A stretch of DNA of 64,000 nucleotides, taken from Oligoflexales bacterium. Lineage in GTDB: Bacteria; Bdellovibrionota_B; Oligoflexia; Oligoflexales; Bog-1112. Made by a program: the position numbers and the translations under genes. Location: the NCBI GenBank assembly GCA_045105515.1, contig JBGCDR010000040.1:25664-89663 (forward strand), written 5' to 3'. This document shows positions 10,265-19,094 of the stretch, piece after piece (positions within the stretch are counted from its first letter, which is position 1; the number at the start of each line of letters is the position of its first letter). The notes beneath the pieces were generated by a model, which saw nothing but the letters and a program-made list of their open reading frames with translations, was not told the origin of the DNA and ran no database searches.

Positions 10265-11430
10265 AGTTTCTTTCTCTTAATAAATGTAAGACGTGAAAGA
10301 AGATTCAGATCAGGTGGAGAAAAATATAGCTCTTCAGTAAAATTTGAAGCTAGAGTATGAATCCAATAATCTGCCATGCTAGCAAAGCGTTTAGAAGGCT
10401 CATAATTCTCCATTGCCCAAACTTCTATGGTCTGTTGTTTAAGAATTTTTCTTTGAAAACTCTGTCTAATAAATTGATTGCCCTCTATAGCTTGGCGTGC
10501 TTTTCTAAGCTTTTCCAATCGGTGTAAGTATTTAAGTTGATACACCTCATAGTCAAACAAACTTCGTGGTCTAATTTCTACTTTTTTATAGGCTACTGAA
10601 AAGTCAAAGCTCCCTGGAGAGAAAAAAGAATTTACATGGAGTTCAATTGAGTTATTTCTATTTTTTAACACAGCTCCGCTAAGAGAAGCAAAGATTCCTA
10701 AGCCCCCACCCATTCCAATATAGGTCCCAAAAATTTGATCTGCCGACTGATCTGTCAACTTCACAAGCTTGGAACTTATTTTGCGGTAAGGAGCAAAAGT
10801 TAATGATAAACCACAAGTAAATCCATTGCTATTTTCGATGGGAATCATAAAGGCTGTTTTTTCAAGATCACTGTAACAAAACAAAGTTTGCCCATTTAAT
10901 TTGTGAAAAAACTGCCCATATACCAAACTAGCTTGAATCCCTACTTCCCAGTTCCCCCAAGAGTCGGTAAGCAGGCATTGTGAATAAGGCAAGCTATTTG
11001 GGTTATTCCTCCAATATTTTGATTCCTTGAGAGGAACCAATTGAAGCCTATCTATAATTTGACGAATTAGAGATGATGGTGCGCGATTAGATAAACCGCT
11101 TCCTTCCACAACATTACCCAACTCTTCATACTGACGCGCAGATAAGTATTCATCTGTACCAGAACTTTGACCAGGACTAGAAGGTGTTTTAAACTCTTCT
11201 ATTCCCTCTGAATCAGAATCAGAAATACTAACTTGATCCCATGCAATCCTTTTAAGCAGGCGATCCACTATATCAAGGGAGTCTCTATCATATTCAGACG
11301 AATATTCATCTGATTTAACTAAATCTACAGAGGCAAAAAGACAAGTTAAGGATACATACCATATCACTGTAAATAAAAAAATATTAGGGAATATATTCAT
11401 AGTTTTTCTCCTAAGGCTTTCCATCCTCAA
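10261..11430 (-). CDS. Secreted hypothetical protein, possible DUF992/EipA-like beta domain
   Basis: Signal-peptide-like N-terminus (MNIFPNIFLFTVIWYVSLTCLFA). Gly-rich beta region IFGTYIGMGGGLGIFASLSGAVLKN. The fold call is tentative. Confidence 0.55.
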   Translation of the reverse strand: MRMESLRRKTMNIFPNIFLFTVIWYVSLTCLFASVDLVKSDEYSSEYDRDSLDIVDRLLKRIAWDQVSISDSDSEGIEEFKTPSSPGQSSGTDEYLSARQYEELGNVVEGSGLSNRAPSSLIRQIIDRLQLVPLKESKYWRNNPNSLPYSQCLLTDSWGNWEVGIQASLVYGQFFHKLNGQTLFCYSDLEKTAFMIPIENSNGFTCGLSLTFAPYRKISSKLVKLTDQSADQIFGTYIGMGGGLGIFASLSGAVLKNRNNSIELHVNSFFSPGSFDFSVAYKKVEIRPRSLFDYEVYQLKYLHRLEKLRKARQAIEGNQFIRQSFQRKILKQQTIEVWAMENYEPSKRFASMADYWIHTLASNFTEELYFSPPDLNLLSRLTFIKRKKL

Positions 11431-11788
11431 ATTTTCTATAATGAAAAAAAATTTGAACTTTTGCCATCAGGTAAAACCCACCAAAAATCTCAGAAGCGGT
11501 TCTTACTAAATTCATTTCAGGGACTTACTTATACTCACTTTCAAACAAAAAACGCTTGATGAAGGCGAATCAAATTAAGCTATGCAGAGCCTAAAGATTG
11601 TAAAAATCTTTGTCAAGAGTAATCAAAATCACTCCTCATGCATGAAAGTAGTAAAAAATAGATATTAATTTACAGACTTTTACAAGTATCATTGTAGCTC
11701 AAAACTTAAGGGATTAACTTAGACCGAGATCTATATTCAATGATAGGAATTCTTGAGCAAGAATTAAAAATTAATAAGGCCGTTTACC

Positions 11789-12499
11789 ATGAAATATAAT
11801 TCAATCGTCATCCTCACAGGAGCCGGTATTTCAGCAGAGTCAGGTATCAATACTTTTCGTGCCAGTGATGGGCTATGGGAAAACCATCCAATTGAGAAAG
11901 TAGCAACACCCGAAGGTTTTCGAAAAGATCCCAAGCTTGTTCATCAGTTTTACAACGAGCGCCGTAATCAGTTGTTAAATCCTGCTATATCCCCAAATGC
12001 AGCACACCTAGCGTTGGCGAAACTAGAAAAAGACTATCTTGGAAACGTCTGGGTAGTTACACAAAACATAGATAACTTACATGAAAGAGCTGGAAGTAAA
12101 AACCTTATTCATATGCATGGAGAAATCCTTAAAATTCGCTGCAAAAAAAGCGGTCAAATTTACAGCTGCCATGAGCCAATAAGTAACAATGACAACTGTT
12201 CTTGCTGTGAGTTGACAGGAACGCTGCGCCCTCATATTGTTTGGTTCGGTGAAATGCCTTTCTTTATGGATGAAATCTACCAACATTTAGATCAGGCAAG
12301 TATTTTTGTTTCCATTGGCACATCAGGAAATGTTTATCCTGCTGCTGGTTTTGTCGAACATGCAAGAGAATCTGGAGCACGATGTATTGAGATCAACCCT
12401 CAGCCTACCTACAATCCCAACTTTGATGATTTTCGTCAGGGTGTCGCAAGCATTGAAGTTCCTAAATTAGTGTCACAGATCATCGAAAAAAAGTTATGA
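11789..12499 (+). CDS. cobB: NAD-dependent protein deacylase (class III sirtuin)
   Basis: Motifs GAGISAESGINTFR, TQNIDNLHERAG, HG, Zn-binding Cys, LRPHIVWFGE and GTSGNVYPAAG. The YxxR motif (FYNERR) is typical of desuccinylases. Confidence 0.96.
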   Translation: MKYNSIVILTGAGISAESGINTFRASDGLWENHPIEKVATPEGFRKDPKLVHQFYNERRNQLLNPAISPNAAHLALAKLEKDYLGNVWVVTQNIDNLHERAGSKNLIHMHGEILKIRCKKSGQIYSCHEPISNNDNCSCCELTGTLRPHIVWFGEMPFFMDEIYQHLDQASIFVSIGTSGNVYPAAGFVEHARESGARCIEINPQPTYNPNFDDFRQGVASIEVPKLVSQIIEKKL

Positions 12500-12501
12500 G
12501 C

Positions 12502-13539
12502 TCAGATGAACGAAGAGGGGACTGAACGAACCCCATTGATAAAAGAAGACACAATTATCTCCCGAACAGAGGCGCCTCTTGACAGGTCACTATAAGGCTT
12601 AGCTAGGCCTTGGAGGATTGGGCCATATGCTTGGTACCCTCCTAAGCTCTGGCTAATTTTATAGGCAATATTACCAGCTCCCAAGTCTGGGAATACAAAA
12701 ATATTTGTTCTACCACATACTTTGCTTGATGGTGCTTTACGCTTACCTATTTCTGCATCAATTGCTGCATCAAATTGCAACTCACCATCACTAGGAATAT
12801 CGGGAAATTTTGCCTTGAACAAAGACCAAGCTTTGGCCATTTTCTCTGCGGAAGGATGCTTTGCAGATCCTTTGCTCGAAAAGGAAAGAAATGCAAGATA
12901 CGGCATCATTTCCTCCCCGTAAAGATGCCTCCAAGTTTTTACCGATTCGTAAGCAATATCAACAAGCTGTTCAGCTGTTGGCTCAATCACTACTCCGCAA
13001 TCTGCAAAAATCATAGCTTTAATGTCAGCATTTTCATTAGCCAATAAAAAGGAACCGCTTAAGGTTTTAACCCCTTGAGCAAGTCCAACAGTAGGGAGAG
13101 CTGCTCTTATTACATCTGCAGTAGTATACAAAGCTCCTGCAAGCACACTATCTATGTCTCCTTGCCTGAGCAATACCCCTGCCTGAACAAGTCCAGAATT
13201 TGATTTTGACTTTAATTTATCATTATCTAATACCTTACCCTTGATTTCTGCTCTTTTCTCAAGAAACGACCTGGTTTGGCTTACAATTTCTGGAAAAGCC
13301 TTTGGAACAAATTCAATCCTCCTCTTAACTTCTATTTTTTTTCCATGACCCCAGACAGAAAACTGCCTATCAAACTCATCCTCTTCAAGAAATAAAAGGA
13401 CACTCTTCATCGCCGCATTTTCAGCAAGATAGCACGCTCCTTGGAAAACTCTTTGATCTCTGCTTTCCGGAAAAGCTATGGTACTATTTACGGATTTACA
13501 TAAATTTTCCATTTGTTTTTCTTCACTTGACCACTGCAT
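12502..13539 (-). CDS. pta: Phosphate acetyltransferase
   Basis: Motifs IAFPE, FADCGV, AFLSFSSKGSA, DGELQFDAA, FPDLGAGNIAYK, GPILQGLAKP and DLSRG. Confidence 0.93.
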   Translation of the reverse strand: MQWSSEEKQMENLCKSVNSTIAFPESRDQRVFQGACYLAENAAMKSVLLFLEEDEFDRQFSVWGHGKKIEVKRRIEFVPKAFPEIVSQTRSFLEKRAEIKGKVLDNDKLKSKSNSGLVQAGVLLRQGDIDSVLAGALYTTADVIRAALPTVGLAQGVKTLSGSFLLANENADIKAMIFADCGVVIEPTAEQLVDIAYESVKTWRHLYGEEMMPYLAFLSFSSKGSAKHPSAEKMAKAWSLFKAKFPDIPSDGELQFDAAIDAEIGKRKAPSSKVCGRTNIFVFPDLGAGNIAYKISQSLGGYQAYGPILQGLAKPYSDLSRGASVREIIVSSFINGVRSVPSSFI

Positions 13540-13606
13540 AAAAACCCCCTGTCTAGAATCGATAATTGAACAGCAAAGTTAAAACTGACTATTTTTTAAG
13601 CAAACC

Positions 13607-13637
13607 GGGCAAGTCCCTGGCTTACAGGAGCTTGCCC
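13607..13637. promoter_or_regulatory. Near-perfect inverted repeat (hairpin) between the divergent pta and EAL genes
   Basis: GGGCAAGTCCCTG-GCTTA-CAGGAGCTTGCCC: 13-nt arms that match except at 2 positions. Confidence 0.35.
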
Positions 13638-13652
13638 TCTATCTAGGTAGAG

Positions 13653-13675
13653 TTATCCACAATGCCTGTGGATTG
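13653..13675. promoter_or_regulatory. DnaA-box-like inverted pair
   Basis: Perfect TTATCCACA (13653-13661) and TGTGGATTG (13667-13675, 2 mismatches to consensus) in inverted orientation. Confidence 0.3.
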
Positions 13676-13775
13676 TTCCTTGTTTCGCAACCACAAAAAG
13701 GGCTCTTGATTAAGGAAACATAACAAAGCTACCGATAGGAGGTTCGAGTGCAAAGGCATAAATCACGAGCTAAAA

Positions 13776-15536
13776 ATGATTTACTTAATGCTTAAAAATC
13801 AAAAGCTAATTGGCGAGTTAAAATCTCGCCTAGAAGAGCATGAAATCAAATTCAAGCTCATTGATATTTCTAAAAAGACTAGTCTCAAGGAAATGTACCG
13901 TAACGAATATGAACCTAATGCCGCGGTGGTAGATGCTAGGCATCCCTTACTGCCTGACAATAGCTGGATCGACATGCTCAGTAGCTTGTGCCGGCGAATT
14001 CCTGTCATTGTTGTCAGTAAGGAGGATAAATATTCGATTGTTACCAGAAATGGTCGTGTAGAGCTATTAACCTGGCTAAAAAATCCTAAACCTGAAGATA
14101 TCTTAACCATTTTAGATAATTGCGGCAGTTTAGGTATTTCAAGAAGAATTTTCAATCGCAATACTATCCCTTTTTATAATCCGATGCTAGCAATACATAT
14201 GCTCCAGCAAAATGGATCTTTAAGCATACTGAGTATCCATGCCGGGGATTTTAGAAAGGTGGCAACTGAATATGGTGCTGAGGCCTATGCCAAACTACAA
14301 GACTGCTTTCAACAACTACTTATTGAATTATGGGGTGTAAAACACAGCTTTCGTAAAACCGATATCCTTTGTCTTAATTCTGTACACAGCAATGTTTACT
14401 TCATACTACTGGAACAATCGAGATCACAAAGAAATATTCCCCCTCCATGTGCACTAGAAAAATTGTCAGATCGAATCGTAACGAAATTACAAAACCAATT
14501 ATGGGGTGAATTGTTTAAACCCGCTAAAGACAGGGTTTTACCGAGCTACCTACAGACTATTCCCAAGTTTTCAATAGGACATGCCACTGGCTTGTACAAT
14601 CCCTGTGTTGATACTGAAGAAACCCTTGATAATATTATTGATTCAAGTAAAGAGATGGCCAAAGTTCAGCACCATAGAATAAGAAGTAGGCAACGAGAAC
14701 TAATTCAAGCACTTATCCAAACACCGAAAACCTTAATACCTAACTATCAAGCTGTTTTCCATGCTAAAACAATGAAAATAGAAGATGCGGAAAAAGCGAT
14801 AAAAAATAAATCCATCTTTCCGATTGCTAAAAGTATTTATGCCTTCGAATCCTTAATTCGAGTGAGCAAGGGTCAAGTCGATAACTTAATCCATGCTGAA
14901 GGACCTATGCATATTGACTCCAAATACCTGATGCCAAACGTTCTTTTTTCTCTAGCTCTTTCAGTAAAACTAGCACTTGAGTTAGATCAAATCTGCCTTA
15001 GACAGGCTACCCATCACTTCACAAACTTACCGGGGAGGCTCCTAGCTAACATCCTCCCAAGAAATTTCTATTACATCGATCAACTTCAGCACCTAATTCC
15101 TCAAAGTGCCCTTATTACATTCGAAGTGTCTGAATCAGAGGCTATCAATAATTTTGAATTACTACTTAAAGCAAGAAAAAACTTATCGAAGCAAAACTAT
15201 GGAATTGCCATCGATGATTTCGGTAAGGGGTATGCTGGGCTAGATAGAATTCTTAAAATAAAACCCGATATCATAAAATTAGATCGATGTCTCATTCAAA
15301 ATATTCACCTAGAAGAATCTAAAAAAGCTTTTATTGAAGGGGTGATGAGTGCTGCAAGAATTACCAACTCTCTCGTTTTAGCAGAGGGTGTTGAACTAAT
15401 TGAAGAATTTAAAACTCTTCAAAACCTTGGAATCGATTTAGTTCAAGGCTTTCTCCTTCACAGGCCACAGAAGGTTCAAGATATTCAAAAAGACTTGAAG
15501 ATAGAAGTACTGGATGTACTTGAAACTGTTGCATGA
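13776..15536 (+). CDS. c-di-GMP phosphodiesterase (pseudo-receiver + degenerate GGDEF-like + EAL)
   Basis: EAL motifs FESLIR, ANILP, FEVSE, IAIDDFGKGYAGL, IKLDR, AEGVE and QGF are all present. The central region has no GG(D/E)EF motif. Confidence 0.9.
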   Translation: MIYLMLKNQKLIGELKSRLEEHEIKFKLIDISKKTSLKEMYRNEYEPNAAVVDARHPLLPDNSWIDMLSSLCRRIPVIVVSKEDKYSIVTRNGRVELLTWLKNPKPEDILTILDNCGSLGISRRIFNRNTIPFYNPMLAIHMLQQNGSLSILSIHAGDFRKVATEYGAEAYAKLQDCFQQLLIELWGVKHSFRKTDILCLNSVHSNVYFILLEQSRSQRNIPPPCALEKLSDRIVTKLQNQLWGELFKPAKDRVLPSYLQTIPKFSIGHATGLYNPCVDTEETLDNIIDSSKEMAKVQHHRIRSRQRELIQALIQTPKTLIPNYQAVFHAKTMKIEDAEKAIKNKSIFPIAKSIYAFESLIRVSKGQVDNLIHAEGPMHIDSKYLMPNVLFSLALSVKLALELDQICLRQATHHFTNLPGRLLANILPRNFYYIDQLQHLIPQSALITFEVSESEAINNFELLLKARKNLSKQNYGIAIDDFGKGYAGLDRILKIKPDIIKLDRCLIQNIHLEESKKAFIEGVMSAARITNSLVLAEGVELIEEFKTLQNLGIDLVQGFLLHRPQKVQDIQKDLKIEVLDVLETVA

Positions 15537-16669
15537 TACCAGTAAAATTAACTACCAAGAACATAATTAGTACTCTTATATTTGCTTATTCAAGCTTCCA
15601 CTTTAGCGCCTGCATGCGCAGTCGCAGAGATGCAATAGAAAATCCAACAACTCTATCATCGGAAGAACCAGTAGCTAAAGATTCAGATGATGAAGGAACT
15701 CTTTCAGTAATAACCAATCTTTTTTCAGATTCCAAACCAGTTAAACCAAAGCTCAAACCACCTTTATCAAGAGTCCCTTTCAAACATCTTGGTTTCTATG
15801 AGGCCCCATCCGTTGGTAAAAAATCATTCAAATGGGAAGCGAAAATTATTCAATCTGAAAAAGAAATCAAGGATTTAGAAATGTTCTTCACTTCGCAACA
15901 GCTTTCACACAAGCTAAATAATTTAAAAGAAGTTACAATTTTAGCTCTGATGCACACAGGCTCTAAAGCAAATAGTGCCATCAGAGTTAGCCAAGTGAAA
16001 TTCGATAACCAGATCCATATTCTTTCAGAGATTTTAGAAACTAATTCTAACTGCAGCATGCTTTCTAGCTCAGATCCCAAGCACTATTTACACTTAATTT
16101 CTATCCCTCTAAAGGAAGAATCTCTAAACAAAAAAATCAGGGTAGACGTACTTAGAAGGCATGAAGCTTGTTTACCTACTTTAAAATGGGAGCAAAATAA
16201 ATTTAAACGAGTCGCATATAAAACTCTTTACTATGAGGAAAAAAGTAAAAAATCTTGGGATCATCCTTCTCCTCGCATTCTCACATTAAACAACAACTGG
16301 GGAGAATGGAATTTGTTTCAGAAAAATTATTGCCATTCATGTGATCAGATGTCACTTACACCTAATAAGGGATATCTAGCAATAATTGACGGGAAAGGCG
16401 CTTCTCATGGCTATGGAAAAAGCCACTTAATAGTAAAAAAGATTTACAAAAATGACCACTACGTTGGTGTGGGATTGAAACGTATTGTGGAACTCTGCCC
16501 TCAAAATAAATCGAATCAAGCACTGCTTCTTTTAGAAATCGATAATAACTCGTTGAAAATTGATAGAGCTTTTACAAAGAGTCATATTTTTCGCTTACCA
16601 TCGGGTTTTATCCCTGAGGACCAGATTACCTGCGGAAGCTATGACAAGTTTTTATTGGAAGAATCGTAA
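15533..16669 (+). CDS. Lipoprotein with two putative PrcB_C-like domains
   Basis: Lipobox FSA-C. Two segments resemble the PrcB C-terminal pattern (TILALMHTGSKANSAIRVSQVKF...HYLHLISIP; YLAIIDGKGASHGYG...LLLLEID). ATGA overlap with the EAL gene. Confidence 0.55.
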   Translation: MIPVKLTTKNIISTLIFAYSSFHFSACMRSRRDAIENPTTLSSEEPVAKDSDDEGTLSVITNLFSDSKPVKPKLKPPLSRVPFKHLGFYEAPSVGKKSFKWEAKIIQSEKEIKDLEMFFTSQQLSHKLNNLKEVTILALMHTGSKANSAIRVSQVKFDNQIHILSEILETNSNCSMLSSSDPKHYLHLISIPLKEESLNKKIRVDVLRRHEACLPTLKWEQNKFKRVAYKTLYYEEKSKKSWDHPSPRILTLNNNWGEWNLFQKNYCHSCDQMSLTPNKGYLAIIDGKGASHGYGKSHLIVKKIYKNDHYVGVGLKRIVELCPQNKSNQALLLLEIDNNSLKIDRAFTKSHIFRLPSGFIPEDQITCGSYDKFLLEES

Positions 16670-17958
16670 TTTTGCTGGAATTTCTTCAAGAATTGTGAAA
16701 AACGCTCTACTGCTTCATCAGGAATGGGGTTATATAAAGAGACCCTTAAACCCCCAACAGAATGATGCCCCTTAACTTGTCGAAAACCTGCTGCTTCTGC
16801 TTCTTTGACAAATTTAAGTTCAAGCTCCCTCTCTCGAATCGTGAAGGGAATACTTGTAGTTGACCTCCATTTAGGGTCAACCTTATTGATATAAAATCCC
16901 TGCGAAGAGTCGATAATTGAATATACCTTGCTTGATCTTGTAATTGCTCTTTTTTCAATTGCTTCTAAACCTTGCTTCTCCACAGTTTTTAGGGTTTCGT
17001 TTAGGAAGGTAATTGAGATGATATCTGGTGTGTTATATAAATTTCCATAATCAGCATAATTTTTATATTCCTGTGTATATCCTACCCCATCCGCTTTTTC
17101 CAATAAATCACTTCGTATAATTACCAAAGTGACACCAGCCGGGCCTAGGTTTTTTCCTCCAGAGGCATAAATTATTCCATAATTTTCTATCTGCATCCTG
17201 CGAGAGAGTAGAGAACTGGTAGCATCGGTAACTAGTGGACGTTTATCAGAGTCAACAAGTTTCGGGTCATACCGGTACTGAATACCATCCGTAGTCTCAT
17301 TATCGCAAATATGGACATAAGATGCCTCAGGAGACAAACTCCACTCTTTCTCAGGTTTGAGACTAATAAGACCGGTTTTAGGATCTTGGCTAAGAACATC
17401 AACCAAGCGCCCATCATAGTTAAGCTTATCCAAATGACTTTTTGCTCGCTTAGACCAAAATCCGCTATCAACATAATCCGCTTGCTTTGAACTTTTTAGT
17501 AGGTTTATGGGAATAGTATCAAATTGAAAGTGAGCACCTCCGGTCATAAAAAGTACTTCGTAATTATCAGGTACATTTAATACCTTTTTTACTCGTTGTT
17601 TAGTCTCAACTATCAAGTTTTGGACAGCTCCACCTTCATCACGATGAGATAGCTCCTGGATGCCGACACCTCCCTGAAAACTAAACAACTGTAAAACGAC
17701 CCTTTGTATTACATCGGTATAATTCATTCCTGGCCCAGCACAAAAATTATCCGGGTTATCACGTCGCAATTTTAGTACTTGCCCGATCCGTGATATAAAA
17801 TCCTGATCTTCAATTTCTTTTACTGGTATGTTTGAGTTTTCATCAGAGTCAACTTTTTCAATCTCGGCAAGATCGCTAAAATCATTCTTATCAACTGCAA
17901 GACTATAATGTGAGAATGCTATCATCCATAAAAAAAACCAAGTTAGTTTAAAATTCAT
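16639..17958 (-). CDS. serC: Phosphoserine aminotransferase homologue with signal peptide and ~65-aa N-terminal extension
   Basis: Motifs NFCAGP, ELSHR, LFMTGGA..QF, DSGFW, CDNET, TDATS, YASGGKNLGPAG (PLP Lys), NTP and GHHSVGGLRVSLYN. Confidence 0.88.
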   Translation of the reverse strand: MNFKLTWFFLWMIAFSHYSLAVDKNDFSDLAEIEKVDSDENSNIPVKEIEDQDFISRIGQVLKLRRDNPDNFCAGPGMNYTDVIQRVVLQLFSFQGGVGIQELSHRDEGGAVQNLIVETKQRVKKVLNVPDNYEVLFMTGGAHFQFDTIPINLLKSSKQADYVDSGFWSKRAKSHLDKLNYDGRLVDVLSQDPKTGLISLKPEKEWSLSPEASYVHICDNETTDGIQYRYDPKLVDSDKRPLVTDATSSLLSRRMQIENYGIIYASGGKNLGPAGVTLVIIRSDLLEKADGVGYTQEYKNYADYGNLYNTPDIISITFLNETLKTVEKQGLEAIEKRAITRSSKVYSIIDSSQGFYINKVDPKWRSTTSIPFTIRERELELKFVKEAEAAGFRQVKGHHSVGGLRVSLYNPIPDEAVERFSQFLKKFQQNYDSSNKNLS

Positions 17959-18260
17959 TAGCTCACCTTTTTAGGGACTAAGGGTTTAAGGTAATAGACG
18001 AGTTGCCTAGTAGGCTGACTGCCAACTACTATTTTGTAAGCTAGGCATGTTAAATGTGGGGAAGGAAAAGTAAAGAACAATTTGATATGCAGTTCTATGT
18101 TGTACAAAAAAAGATCAGAATCTAGTACCCTAGGAATAATGTATTGGTAAGCTTAGGGAAAGACATCAAGATTACTATAATAAGCAATACTAATAGCAAA
18201 AATTTGGAAGCTCGCATGTATGAAAAGTTTGAATGGGAAGATCGTTACGACCTAAATAGC

Positions 18261-19094
18261 TTAAGCAATTTTATCTTCCAGCTTGGGTGTGAAAAAATGC
18301 GTGACTTGCTGACTAAGAATTTCTAAAATTTGCTCATGAGTTTTATTTGTAGGCTTAAGCCACTTAATAAGCGCCTCCTCCCTAAGAATTACTGGACAGC
18401 GGTCATGACCAGCTGCTGAAATCTCCGGAGTTGGTTCAGTTGTTATTAATGAAAAACCTTTAAAAGGATTATGTTCCCAGATATCGTGATTGAAGATAAC
18501 CGGCACAAAAAGCCCCAATGCTGATTGAGGGTTAAATTCGATCACAATACTTCGCTCGCTTGGTTCCTTGAGTTCCGTCTTTGTCGGCGAATAGCTTTTA
18601 CCTTGCGCTAGTATTTTCTTTTTTCGTTGCAAAGTAAGTGCTGCAAAATGATTTTTAATTGCGGTAAGTGTTATCGAACCTGAGCTAAGCAAGTTTCTGA
18701 CCTGCACATTCTCAAAAAAACCATCAAGAATAATGAACCCATGCCCCTTTTGATAAGCATCTGACCAAGCTGTAGAGCGCAAATTATCCAATCTTGAATT
18801 GTAATTGCAACGCTTTTCTTGACGGTTTCCTCGAGTAATGTTTCTGAGCTTGGGTTCGTAATATTTCCCATAACGCATCGGCTCACATACTATAGTTTCA
18901 CCTTTTTGATAATAAGCTGGAACATAATATTTATCACCGCAAAAAAAACGCTCTCCGCTCTTAGCCACCTTATAGTCTTTTGGATATTCGGTACTTTTTC
19001 CGAAAAGGTTTTCCCAGACTTCCTTTGCTTGTTCGACCCCAAGACGCAATTCAACTTCTTTTATATTTTTTCGCGTTAATGCTGAAAAGCACAA
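18261..19094 (-). CDS. SOS response-associated peptidase (SRAP/HMCES family, abasic-site protection)
   Basis: Begins Met-Cys (catalytic Cys2). Motifs YNSRLDNL, GFFE, LITTEP and GHDRCPVIL. Confidence 0.85.
   Translation of the reverse strand: MCFSALTRKNIKEVELRLGVEQAKEVWENLFGKSTEYPKDYKVAKSGERFFCGDKYYVPAYYQKGETIVCEPMRYGKYYEPKLRNITRGNRQEKRCNYNSRLDNLRSTAWSDAYQKGHGFIILDGFFENVQVRNLLSSGSITLTAIKNHFAALTLQRKKKILAQGKSYSPTKTELKEPSERSIVIEFNPQSALGLFVPVIFNHDIWEHNPFKGFSLITTEPTPEISAAGHDRCPVILREEALIKWLKPTNKTHEQILEILSQQVTHFFTPKLEDKIA

Noticed and set aside
11789-12499. Sir2 protein as an anti-phage NADase (Thoeris/DSR-type)
   Set aside because: It is a compact, canonical CobB with Zn finger and YxxR, and has no defence partners.
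13653-13675. Replication origin
   Set aside because: Only two DnaA-like boxes, no clear DUE, and no dnaA/dnaN; mnmG is 23 kb away without rsmG/parAB.
13590-13740. c-di-GMP-I riboswitch ahead of the EAL gene
   Set aside because: GCAAACC and CTACCG fragments occur, but the GAAA tetraloop/receptor and GACGCAAA core are missing.
18001-18047. Nested inverted repeats (TGCCTAG/CTAGGCA, TAGTAG/CTACTA) upstream of the serC-like gene
   Set aside because: Stems are short, match no RNA family I recognise, and are compatible with chance.
18144-18326. 60-aa ORF overlapping the SRAP 3' end
   Set aside because: No RBS or motif, and it overlaps a real gene on the opposite strand.
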